Made by a program: the position numbers and the translations under genes. DNA of 64,000 nucleotides. Source: Vicugna vicugna. Taxonomy: Eukaryota. A model generated the notes under the pieces. That model worked only from the letters and a program-made list of their open reading frames with translations, did not search any database and had not been told where the DNA came from. This document shows, piece by piece, positions 22,752-34,864 of this stretch (positions within the stretch are counted from its first letter, which is position 1; every line of letters starts with the position of its first letter). The stretch lies in contig MU057865.1 in the NCBI GenBank assembly GCA_013265495.1, positions 496,001 to 560,000 of the forward strand, written 5' to 3'.

Positions 22752-24932
22752 AATATTAAAGACTTACATTAGCCTTTTGGAGATACTTCAGTGAGCATGT
22801 AATAAATGCTAACTCTTGCTTTGAGTACTTTTAAAGAAAAAGACCAAGTGAGAAGACACTAATTCTCTAATGATAGAATTTTAGACACCTTGGCCTACAA
22901 GGAGCATGCTACTTCTTGGTAGATAAGATGTCCCAGTATCTCTTGGGTTATACTCTTCGAAAGTGAATCTACACTTGGCCTGTGTATAACCTTTAAGGAA
23001 CATCAGAGTGTGTGTGTCCATGGGAATACACAGCAGAAGAGTTGGCAACTCTTTTTTTTTTTCAGTTTGTACACACCAAGACAACCCACAATTAGGACTG
23101 GACCAAAGCTAAACCATATCCAGTGGTAAATCATTCATAGCACACGTCCTTTTCTCACCCTGCTTGCATAACCCAAACTGAGACCCATTTTGTGTTCCGT
23201 TGCTCCTTTGAGAAATCATTGCTCACCCCCTCAGCCCTCTTCCCAATTTCTGTCTCTCTGACAATGTCCGCTGTTTCAAAATACCTCATTATCTCCACTC
23301 TCCCACTGAGCCAGCAGTGTGATGGCATTTGCTTTGCCTGAGGAATGAAGAGACAGTTTTTCCTCTCCCGACAACCCTGCACATTGAGACCTGACCAGAG
23401 CATCCTCAGGCTGATTCCCAGTGCATGCCCTGGAAGGGGAGAGCAGACTTGCTCATCCCATTGTCGTCAAGTTGGAGAGACGTTCTGCCAGGTCTCCTGA
23501 CAGATTCCCTCATCAAAGAGAAAAGCTCTGTAGAGCTTAGAAAACGAGGCTATTTCAGGTTGCTTGGCGGTGAGCTGATGAACAAGCCTGGGGTGAGAAT
23601 TGCAAAACACATACACACAGACGCACACACAAGCCTCCGGTCAGCAGCAGAACAGAACGGACATATTTAGCCGTCAAGTTGCATCGCGTTCTTTCTGACC
23701 TGTTGGCTACATATTCAGTTGATAACATCCTGCTACCTATCACAAAACAATAAAAATCTTTTAAGTAGACAGTCCAAATTGCTCTAATACCTTCTTTAAA
23801 GAGAACAAAAATGCAGAAAGTTCGCCTGTAGGGACTTCATTTTTCAGAGATATGTAATTTATGGTGTTTAAATATAAGCTTTTGATTTTAGGTTGAAACG
23901 ATCTTGTCAAAAAAGTACATGAAAGACGTTTACGCGGGGCTCTTTTCTACTTAGGGTTATAGCTGATCCTCCTCACGCCTTTTATCCCCAGAACACTTGA
24001 CTGGCACCTGACTTGGCTACTTCGTTTCAGTAGCTGATTCGGGGCGGGGGCTACTTCTGTTTTCTCTCTCTTTTTCTTCTTCATTTTCTTTTTTTGGTCA
24101 TGAACAGAGATAGATTTGGGGTCAGGACTAGGGTGAGGTGAGTGAGGGGCATTTTCCTCGGACACATTTAAGGGAACACCCCCAAAACCTAGTCATCAAG
24201 ATAAATCATACTGTCATGCAATATTAAAAAAATCAAAATCCATAAGGAACAAGACAACAAAAGTTTAAAATAAAACAGGATTGGTATTACTGATTTTTTT
24301 TCTTTTACCTCAAGCTCCACTATGGCTCTTGTGGCCCTGAGTGGAATGGAATGACAATCAGCTGGAAAATGGCATGGTGTTTCTGAGGCAAATGTGCATC
24401 TATTTCTCCATCTCCAGGAGCATGCTGGAAGGGCCTCAGAGATCAGATTCTCAGCCCATAGACAATATAATCCCATAAAACAGTACTGAAGGCACAGTTC
24501 TCAACATAAGTCAAAAGAGAAATATGGGGCGAAGGCAAACCAATTAGATGAGAGGCTACACACCTGAGTGGATCTTCTCAGCAGAAAGTGGGAAAGGAAG
24601 GCGAGACGGAAGTTGGAGCAGGGGAGGCATCAGGCTGTTGTGGAAGGTTCCGGAACGTGTGCATGGTACTCCTGGCAGTGGTTTTATAGATTTCCTGGGG
24701 AGGATGCTGGCACAGGGATTGGAAACTACAGAAGACCTTGGGCAAATTACTCTGTGATGCAGTATTTTTATCTGAAACAGGATTTATAGTATCGGCTAAT
24801 TATAATGAAGTGATCCACATGGTAAATGGTAATGATCATTATTTTTATCTTCACACTTCCAATTGAGACACTGGAATTGATTCACAGCTAAGGGCTGCGA
24901 ATCTCCTTCAGAGATGATTTCTCTCATATTAC

Positions 24933-26418
24933 TTTCTTTTATGGTAAAATGCACATAACATGAAATTTACCACTGTAACTGCTTTGAAATGTACCATCCT
25001 ATGGCATTAAGTCCATTCACATTGTCGTGCAACAATTGCCACTATACATCTCCAGAAAAAATTTCATCTTTCCCAGGGGAAACTGCATTCATTAAACCCA
25101 AACTCCCCATTTCCTTCCTTTCCCCATCTTCTGGTCGCCACTGTTCTACCTTCTGTCTCTATGAACTTGACTACTCTAGGTACCTCAAATAAGAGGAACC
25201 ATAGAGTATATCTTTTGTGTCTGGCTTATTCCACTTAGCATCATTTCTTCAGGATCATCCTTGCTCCTTCCTTTTTTAAGACTAAGTAATATTCCATGGT
25301 ATGGATACATCACATTTTGTCTATTCATTTCTTGATGGGCACTTGGGTTGCTTCTACCTCTCAGCTATTGTGAATATTACTCTAATGAACTTGAGTGTAC
25401 AAATGTTTCTGTATTCAATTCTTTGGGGTGTATACCTGGGTGTGGAGTTGCTGAATCATAAGATAATATGCTTAATTTTTTTGGAGGAACTTCTATGCTG
25501 TTTTCCACAGAGGCTCCATCTTACATTCCCACCAGCAGTGCACAAATGTTCTGATTTCTTTACATCCTCATCCACACCTATTATTTTCTGGGTTTTGGGT
25601 ATTTTTTAAAAATTTAAAACCATCCTTATTAGCATGAGGTGATACCAAATTGAGATTTTGATTTGAATTTATCTAATAATTCGTGACGCTAAACATCTTT
25701 TCATGCACTTACTGGCCATTTATTTATCTTTGGAAAAACATCTATTCAAATCCTATGCCCCTCTTTACATTGGGTTATTTATTTGTCTTTGCTGTGGTTG
25801 TTAAGTTGTAGAAATTCTTTATGTACTCTGGATAGAAATCTCTTACCAGATATTTGATTTGCAAATATTTCCTCCCAATCTGTGAGTTGTTTTTTCACTT
25901 TGTGGCTAGTGTCCTTTGATGCACTAAAGTTTCACATTTTGATGATGTCCAGTTTATCTATTTTTGTGTTTTTGTTGCCTTTGCTTTTGGTGTCTTATCC
26001 AAGAAATCATTGCCAAATCTAATGTCATGTAGATTTCCCCCATATGTTTTTCCTAAGAGTTTTATAGTTTTACTTCTTACTTTTATGCCTTTAATCTATT
26101 TTGAACTAATGTTTGTATATGGTGTATGGTAAGGGTTCAGTTTCATTCTTTTGCGTATCTAGACTTACCAGAACCATTCACTGAAAAGAGTCTCCTTTCC
26201 CCATTGAATGGTCTTGGCAACCTTATCAAAAATTATTTGACCGTATGTGCATGGGTTTAATTCTGGGCTCTCGATTCTGTCTATCTTTATGGCAATCTCA
26301 TACTGTTTTGAGTAGTGTAACTTTGTAGTACGTTTTGAAATTAGGAAGTGGGAGACCTCCAACTTTGTTCTTTTACAACATTGTTTTGGCTATTCATGGT
26401 TCCTTGAAATTCCATATT
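24933..26418 (-). mobile_element. L1MB-like 3' fragment (~1.5 kb)
   Basis: 3' end GGTAAAATGCACATAACATGAAATTTACCAC. ORF2 remnant IESPELNPCTYGQIIFDKVAKTIQWGKETLFSEW (26165-26362). Confidence 0.9.
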
Positions 26419-26491
26419 TTCCTTCATCTTAAAAAAAAAAAAGAGACCTTCCAATTCTGTATTTCTCTTGTGCTCCCTATGTCAACATCTT

Positions 26492-26731
26492 TTTTTTTAA
26501 GCTAAGAGTTGTATTTTATTTACTTATTTATTTTTTAAACATTTTTTGTTGATTTATAATCATTTTACAATGTTGTGTCAAATTCCAGTGTTCAGCACAA
26601 TTTTTCAGTCATTCATGGACATATACACACTCATTGTCACATTTTTTTCTCTGTGAGTTACCATAACATTTTGTGTATATTTCCCTGTGTGGATAGACTG
26701 GGATTTCAAAATTGTAGAATAGATAAACAAG
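26492..26731 (-). mobile_element. Young 5'-inverted L1 3' fragment with perfect 16-bp TSD
   Basis: Minus-strand 3'UTR and T-rich tail (26492-26689), then a plus-strand 3'UTR piece (26691-26731). TSD CCTATGTCAACATCTT at 26476-26491 and 26732-26747. Confidence 0.92.
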
Positions 26732-26749
26732 CCTATGTCAACATCTTGA

Positions 26750-27115
26750 AAGAGTTCTTCTCCTCACTCACTGTGTTTACCTCCTGGTTTACCCCTTCTC
26801 AATCCATTGCCACCTGGCTCTCACCCCCACCATTCCCTGCAGTTAATCTTGTTAAGCTTATCAAAGGTCTTTCTGCTTCTGAACTGAGGGACACTTACCT
26901 TCCCTGCCTTATCAGCAGTATTTGTGACCATTAACCTCTTCTCAAGTTTTAGAATACTCTTCCTTTGGCTCCTTGGAAACCATACCCTCAGATTTCTTCC
27001 TATATCTAGCTGTTTCTTCCCTATCTCCTTCTTGTGTTCCTCTGACCACATTCTGGATTCCTTTGGTTTTTACTTAATAGTTGATTCTGAAGGATCTAAT
27101 GCATTCTCCTGACCT
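26750..27115 (+). mobile_element. L2 internal fragment
   Basis: CTCAATCCATTGCCACCTGGCTCTCACCCCCACCATTCC...TCAGCAGTATTTG...CTCTTCCTTTGGCTCCTTGGAAACCATACCCTC resembles the L2 RT region. Confidence 0.55.
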
Positions 27116-29503
27116 CAGTGTTTGGGCAGACATGGGACTGACAACTCTAAGCTGTTCTCTTGAAAAGAAGGAAGGTTTTAATGCAGATGGCTCAGAGGTA
27201 GGATGAAAGGACGTTTAAAGGATCAGGTGCAATGACACAGGTTATCATCTGACCCAGAATTCTTTGACCAGTGTTACAGGCTAACCCAAATGGGCTTTAA
27301 CTAATGATCAATTCAAATAAAAGATTTAGCATTGAAATGTCTGGTAAGGCTGAACCGCCAAGCCAGCTGGAATAGTCCTTCTTGGTGGCTTGGTAACCAA
27401 AAGGGTACATAGGAGTATTCATCACAACCTAATCTCCATGTCTAGTTTACCATGCGTGAAAGCTACAGGTTCAGGGTTCTACAGAAAAAAAAAGGGGGGA
27501 ATTTCAGCATTTATACATGGATTCTCCCATTCACATAGGCAGCAGCTGCATCAAGCAAATAGGACACAAACCAGAGCTGAGGGGTTTGGGAGGAACTACG
27601 TTATTTGTTTCCTGTGTGGTTTCAAGGTATCCAGTTGTAGCAGGACGTCTAAACACATTTAAATGCCAAATACATAACCCACATCATGTAAATCACAGAC
27701 ATGGGCAGGAAGAGGAACCGGACTGTCCTCCTGCCCACACTGCCAGCTCCGCACCTCTGCTTCCTTTGGTCACCTGCCCACCTCAGCACCCGGGCACTGA
27801 AATTGGCTTTGCCTAGACCAGTCCCCCATCTACTGCATTTTACTTGGGTCTAGCTTCCTTGATTCTTTTTTTTTTTCCTGGGATCAAAGCTATACCTTGC
27901 CTTTGTTCTGCTGGGTAACAAAAGCTCCTGTGGAAATTTATTCTGAGCTAAGGCATTCAAGAGATAATACTTTATAGATTATTATACCCATAGAAATTGT
28001 TTGTCTTTGATCAGAGCCATTTAAGTTCTTGTCCTACAGCAGTTAATTTTGTGATGCAAGTGGTAATATCTGTGACATGTGAGCTTGTGGGAAGATATCT
28101 CTGAAGGTGAGTGACAGTCTGGACTTCTTGTCTCCTTACCAGGAAGTGAGATTCTCCTAGCATGTAGAAATGACTAAAGCACTCAGTTAGTCAAAGATTC
28201 CACTAACCTTTGTCTTCTTTTCTTGGGGACCAAATTGGGGGTGGGGCTCAAAGAGTAGGGGGTTGGGATTGCTTTGGATGTGTGAACTGACTTCCTCTTG
28301 CTTGTTAAGAAATCACTCGGGCATAGCTGTTTGTCATGGTATTTTTCACACTTTGTCTAGCATCCCGTGTCTCTGTTGCCTGAGAACTGTATTGATATTT
28401 ACACTGCGAAGCGTGAATAGGCTGTTGTTCTTTGGGGAAAGGGATTCATCAAATAATCCTTTTGCTTGAGTATTATTAAGTGGACCATGGCACTTCCTCT
28501 GCTTGTTTTTGCTTGGAGCCCTTGGGACCTGTGAGGTGGCCTTGTCCAGTTCAATGGGATTCAGCAGGGTGAGTCGGATTTAAAGAAACATAAATTCAGC
28601 TGAGAGAGGAGGTAACATGGCATAGCTGAAGAATGGGCTTTAATAGGCAAAGCAAATAGTTAAATGCAAGATGCTTGCCGCATGCTAAAACTTAAGGAAT
28701 GCATATTCAGTGCAATGCATTATTAAATACAACACTGAGCATATGGGTACCTACAATTAATGTATATAAATAACTGATAAAATTGCTCAGTATTAGAAAG
28801 CTAGCGGCAAAAATGACCTCATATGTCAAGCAGACAAGTAGGCAGCTACCATTTTCTTTGTACACCTTACAGATGATAAATTAGCTTTATGGTCTGCATG
28901 GGGCCCTTATCACACTACAGCACCAAGTGCATGATAAAGAAAAAAAATGCCTCGGCTCAAAAATCGAACTGGAATTTGGAGTCCCAACGGAGCTCATCTT
29001 TTAAATGTAAAGAATTTTAGCCTGCTTCCTTTGGGGGAAGATTTATTGTGGCCAAGAGAAATGTAGATCTTGGTTATGTGTTTTGATTAAAATTTGATTT
29101 TTGTTTTTATTGACACTGGGTAGAATGTGAATCCGTCATAACTGGCTGCCTATTGACTGAGAGCAGCTTGGTCCACAGGACAGGGAAAAAGAAGTGGGGG
29201 TGGGGGGTGGTTCAGACTTTTATTTCCAGCTCACCCACTAATAGGCAAAGCTGACCTTGGATAAAACTTCCTAGCTCTTTACTCGCTCTGCCTGCCTTGT
29301 TTAATTCCCCTCAAGGATGGTGAATAAACATGCCCTGTTTTATCCTAAGTTCATAGGATAAAGGAGGGCAGTTACCCAATCTAGAATGAAAGGAAGAAGG
29401 ATTAATTTGCCCTAGACTTTATACAGTGCAAGCGTCATTTAAACAGACATCATTGTTGTGCAGCGTGTGTGGACACTGATGTCTATTTGAAACCCTTGAA
29501 TAG

Positions 29504-29573
29504 CAAAAACAAAAAAAAAAAAAAAAAAAAAAAACCAAAAAAAAAAAACCCCAAAAAAACCAAAAAACCAAAA
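29504..29573 (+). repeat. A-rich tract (poly-A interrupted by C runs)
   Basis: About 70 nt made only of A and C, including an uninterrupted A24 run. Confidence 0.95.
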
Positions 29574-30473
29574 CCCTGAAAGATACCAGGCTCTGTCTTA
29601 GGGTTTGCATGTGATTTCTCAGTCTTTTTTAAACATAAAAATCTCATGTGTTCCTTTCCTACAATTTGAAATTCAAAAGAAGCTCAATATTAGGAGGAAA
29701 TCAATTACTGTAAGGGACAGAGGCCCGCTTTGCTTTCAAGTGGCATGAGACCCGGTCCTCCCCAAAACTCTGCTTCCCTGGAATGACTGCTTTGCTGACA
29801 AAGGGTCTCCGTTAGCATTATTTTCATATCCAACCCCTCTGTGATCTTTTGTTTCCTATCGGGCAAGCGGCAGCGTGTACCTGTGATAGGAGCCTTCCTG
29901 TGCCGCTGGGATGTGGCTGAGATTTCAGAGGTGATTAAATTCCTTGTTTTAGGACTAGCATTATTCAGAGAGCTGGGATGAGAAAAGGTCAGTTAAAGTA
30001 ACAAAGAGGCACTTTCTGTTTTTTCTCCTGTCTTTGTCCACTCTTAGCTTTCTTCTCCCTCTCTACTTTCCTGGGAGAATGATCTTTTCTTTTAAAATTA
30101 TTTTTTTTAAAGCTCACGTCATTCCGACACGTAATTAGCAGCAGCGTTATCTGTTTTCACTTCCCCACATGGTAACCAAGAGTGATGTGTTTGGACCATG
30201 CAGTCCTCTAGGGAGGAGCCATGCTCAGGGAGGTGCTGAGGGCGAGTCAGACGCAAAGCCATCTGGGTCCCTTTCTACTGAGGTGGTCTCTCTGTGGTCT
30301 CAGCAATGCTCCAGTGTAAATATGTTTTGTCTCACAGTTGTATTTGTTTGTTGTTGCTGTTGTGGTTCGATCCATTTTCAGAGTTACAGGCATGGCACAT
30401 AGGGACTCTGGTCATTCCTCCAGACTCTGAGCAAGGGAAACGGTTCTTCATGGTCCTCATTACTGCCAGGATG

Positions 30474-30646
30474 AGAATGACGATCTCCAGGTCCATCCAC
30501 GTTGATGCAAATGGCATTATTTTATTCTTTTTATGGCTGAGTAATATTCCATTGTGTAAATATACCACAATTTCTTTAACCAGACGTCTGTTGATGGACT
30601 TTTAGGCTGTTTCCATGTCTTGGCTATTGTATATAGTGCCGTTCTG
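30474..30646 (-). mobile_element. Internal L1 ORF2 C-terminal fragment lacking 3'UTR, polyA and TSD
   Basis: Aligns to ~37988-38162 of the full-length L1. Encodes LLSHKKNKIMPFASTWMDLEIVIL. Confidence 0.9.
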
Positions 30647-30769
30647 GGCATATTTATTGAGTGATCACTGTACCAAGAGCCAGTGATGCAAAAACCTTGT
30701 TGAACCTGTCTGTCTCCTCCCCAACCCCAGTCTCACCCTCCTCATCAGCACCACCATTTCCCCACACTT

Positions 30770-31170
30770 GGGCTTCCCTCTGGCTCTTCTAAACATCATG
30801 TCATCTAGCCTTTGAATGTGTTACCTACCCTCTTGCATCTGGTCCTCTGTACCTGAGGCTTGTCTTGGCCAAAAATGTCTTCTTCCTCCCTCCCTCCCTC
30901 CCCATTCCCTCCTAGTCATTCCTTAGGTGTCCACATAATGGATGCTTTCTCCAGGAAGCCTTCCCTAGACCTCTTAGACTAGGCAGGTGCACCTCCATTA
31001 TAATTCATCCTTGATAAACTTTCCTGCTACAGCTGTTCAGCTGCATTTCGTCTCCACTGAGCTGTATGATCCTTGAAAGCAGAGATCATCCTTACCATTA
31101 TATCCCCAGCATCTACGTAAACCTTGGCATGTAGACAATATCTAATAAATGCTTTTGAATAAATAAATGC
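30770..31170 (+). mobile_element. L2 3' end fragment
   Basis: TCTCCAGGAAGCCTTCCCTAGAC...CCTTGAAAGCAGAGATC...TATCCCCAGCATCTA...TGGCATGTAG...AATAAATGCTTTTGAATAAATAAATG. Confidence 0.7.
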
Positions 31171-31298
31171 AACCACAATGGTCTTTGTCTCATAAGCTGC
31201 AGAAGGGTGTGAGGCTGAAGTTCTAACCTCCTAGAGGGGCAGATTTACCTTCTCTTGGTTGTTGTGGCTTAGGAATACTTAGGTGTGTGGGGGTTTTT

Positions 31299-31434
31299 AA
31301 TTGAAATATAGTCAGTTACAAAGTATCAATTTCTTGGAGAAAAGGGAACCCTCTTACACTGTTGGTGGGAATGCAGGTTGGTGCGACCATTATGGAAAAC
31401 AGTATGGAGATTCCTCGAGAAGCTAAAAATAGAC
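31299..31434 (-). mobile_element. Short 5'-inverted L1 insertion
   Basis: Minus-strand extreme 3' end (AATTGAAATATAGTCAGTTACA...AATTTCT, to 31334) fused to a plus-strand ORF2 piece TGGAGAAAAGGGAACCCTC...AAAATAGAC. GTTTTT on both flanks. Confidence 0.85.
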
Positions 31435-32980
31435 GTGTTTTTGACAAAGGGATTCAGAGAACTAAGGATCACAGAGAGTCTTTTAATTTACCAAATATTT
31501 AAAATACAGTTATTATACGTAAGCCTCTGCTTTGAACTGATCTCAGTGTATATTTGTGTTATCACTGCATGCTGATATCATTTGCTACCTAAATAATGTT
31601 CAGTGCAGGCTTATTACGTGATGTACGTCCAGACTATTAGACCCCTGGGAATAAGGAAGAAGACAAGAATATCTGGCCACTGTCTCCTTGAAGCACGAGC
31701 TCTGGGAAATGGTCTGGGACAGTGTGGAAGCGCTCTTGTCTGGGTCATTTGCATAACGGCTCCTGGAGCCCCACAAGGCAGTTGTCATTCTCCTTGGCTG
31801 CAAGAAACCTGTGGTCACTTTGAGGAAGCTGATCTGGGCAGGTAATGACAGGGATGGATAAAGTCACTTTGTAGATGTGCAGCTGTGGTCATTAAAAATA
31901 AAGCAGACCCTTCTCGGAGGGCTGCTCACCTTGCCAGCTAGTTGACATTGTTTAGATCAGAGGACACTCAGCCTGTGTCTGAACAAAGAAAAACAGCAGG
32001 ATTTCCAAACAACCACTCTCTCTCTCTCTCTCTTTAAAGTTTTGCTTAAGTTTATCAGCAGCAGTGGAGCTGATCTGCAACAGAAGTGAATGGTGGCCCC
32101 AAGTGGGGTCCAGCCTTCTGGACACTTCCCACATGGCTGGGACAACAGACAGACATATGCACTGAGATTATTTGATAACATTTCTGCCCTTTATCTCAGC
32201 TTATCTCATGGCTTTGTCCCCTCACCTCCTAGCAAATTTATGGACCGTAGGGACACTTACAAACGGGCCAAATGCTTTGCCCTTGTTTGTAGGTAAAGTC
32301 ACTCCAGAAAGTGCCACTGACAAGAGGGTTGGGGGCTGGTTTCTTTTCACAGAGATTCTAAATGAGCACATAGACACACGCAAAAGTAGGACTTATGCCT
32401 CTGAATGTGGCTTGTAAGGAGGGAGTAAACCTCCTGAATTTAGCAATCAAATTTGTTAAGGCTTCTCTAAAGCCTAAACTTCCAATTAACAAGCAAATCA
32501 TCATCAGACAGCCAGTGAATGGCAGATTCATTCCATTCAACCTCTTTTCAAAAGTGGATTTTGTGCACTTATCTCCATGAAAACCCAGCAGGGAGGTTTT
32601 CCCGGGGACTGCTCCTGCATCTGCCTGTTTTTAATGACGGTAATGGCAAGCAATATTCTGCAGTCGCTCTGGCGATCTCATTTCAAGCATGCAAATCATA
32701 TTTTTGAGGAGCCCAGCACAAGCCATTTGTTCCTTGGAACCACCCGGTAAGTTCTGTGAGGTGAGCGAACGCCGCTCGGAGAAGGCCAGGCCCTTCTGTC
32801 TCCTAACCTCCACGGCACAGTGGGAGAATTTGCCTGCGAAGGTCATGAAAGACAACCTAAATATAGCCATCAAAGGAGAAATGAAACACAACTGCATTCC
32901 TAAAGCGAGGGAGTCTTTCTCTTCCTTTCATTTGTGAAAGATCAGCTTTGTAATTCATTTATTTAATGAAAAATCACATT

Positions 32981-33227
32981 TAACTACTATATATAAAATA
33001 GATAAACAACAAGTTTCTACCATATAGCACAGGGAACTATATTCAATATCTTGTAGCAACCTATAATGAAAAAAGAATATGGAAATGAACATATGTATGT
33101 ATATGTATTACTGAAATGTGATGCTGTACACCAGAAACTGACACAAACATTGTAAACTGGCTGTACTTCAATGAAATCACTAGGAATCTCCAAAAAAAAA
33201 AAAAAACCTTACTGGGAAAAAAGAAAA
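32981..33227 (+). mobile_element. 5'-truncated L1 3'UTR fragment with extended tail and TSD
   Basis: ATAGCACAGGGAACTATATTCAATATCTTGTA...CCAGAAACTGACAC...TACTTCAAT. TSD AAAAATCACATT (32969-32980) vs AAAAATAACATT (33228-33239). Confidence 0.9.
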
Positions 33228-34864
33228 AAAAATAACATTGTTTAAAGAAAAATGAAGAAAAAGCAGCACATGCTGCTGGTCACGGTCATGAAGTCAAAGC
33301 CAGGACCCTGCTCAGGAGCGAGAACTTTACGTTTCACAATGGTCCTGATGTCTTTTCCATGTTCTCTACCTTCTGGTTGACTCATCTGAGCTATAGCATA
33401 GTCTTTTATACAGAGATTTAGAGGCAAATAAATGAGATAAAGATGATCATAATGCAGTAGCAGTAACAAGTTATAAAATTCATTTAACAAATGCCATATG
33501 CAAGGTTCAGTGGGGGAAGAGGAAAAATAAACCAACAGGGTGAGTACCCTACTGGCTCAGAATTGTGAAACTGGAAAGGGAGTGTCGCTTTAAGCTGGGA
33601 CGAGCAGGGAAGATGCCATGCGAAGGCAGCAACTGAGTCTTCATGGAGAGAGACAATTTCAGTGAGTGATGAAGACTTAAGAAATCAGGACCCATGCCAC
33701 AGAGGGGAGAAACCAGCTGATTTTTGAAGACGGGATGCAGAAAGTCAAAGGAAAAAATGGCAGATAAACCTGCAGTGGGAAAATAGGGACTTGGATGGAA
33801 GTCCATTGTTAATGCTTCCAGATCACTAAGGGGAACTTTCGTAGACCATTATCCAGTTTGTAGTTCATTATCTGGTTTTCCCCACCAAGATCTTCGCTCC
33901 AAGTCCCAAGGAAGGAGCCTACTGTTCCAGAAAGTTCCTTTAACACCTCTTGGAAGGTTCTTTAACTTGGGACTTGCTGAGACTAGCAGAACATACTTTG
34001 TGATATGTGAGCTCTCTTAATGTACTACTCATTTCACTTGAGCAGAGAGGATGCCATAATCTGTATGTGGAGTATAACACGGTCTGAAATTAATTTCTAG
34101 TTACCATTCTAGCAAAGAGTTCTCCAGTGAGAAGCTTCAGCCTGCTACAGTTGGGACTTGCTTTTCTAATGAGATCCAGTCCGACTTTTTCAGAGTTCAA
34201 ATTCTGTTCATCCCTGTCTGAGTTTTTGTCCCACGGCAGTTTACAATGGGTGTGATTTCCTTACGTTGGGGCCCTAACCCAGAGGCAGGCAGCATCAATG
34301 GCAGCGTAGGAAACATTTCTCAAAGTTGCCTTCAAGCAAAGCAAGGCAATAAGGGGGTCTGGCTCCTCCATGACATGCTCTACCAATGCCTGACATTAGA
34401 ATGGGGTCTCTTTTTGCTTGTGAGGGTCTGTGGCTCCCTGTTGAGTCCTCTGCTCTGACTGCCTTGGATTCCCTAGACTGATGTCAAGGTACTCTTGTCC
34501 ATGGATGCAAATAAAGGGCAGGGATGTTTAGGCTTGCCTTTTGGTAAGAAGGGCAACTCGCAGGTTGGCGTTCAAGTTGATGACAGGTTTCCAGTGTGGA
34601 CAGGGTTTTGTGCCTCTTGTGAAACTTTATTAGAAACTTCCTTAGCCTGCAACAGTTCAGAGCAACTTGTGTTCAATTCCTTGAATCCCTCTATTTTGAA
34701 CAAAAGAGAGTCTCATTAGATGTTTGCAGACTTGAATTGTGTTTTCATCTAAGGAGTTGAACATTTTTCGAGAAGACAATGGAGGGGATGTTGAAGCTTT
34801 CTGAGCAGAGTTATTTCATGAGGATTTATCTGTAAGCACTTGGCAGGATGTAATAACAACATAC

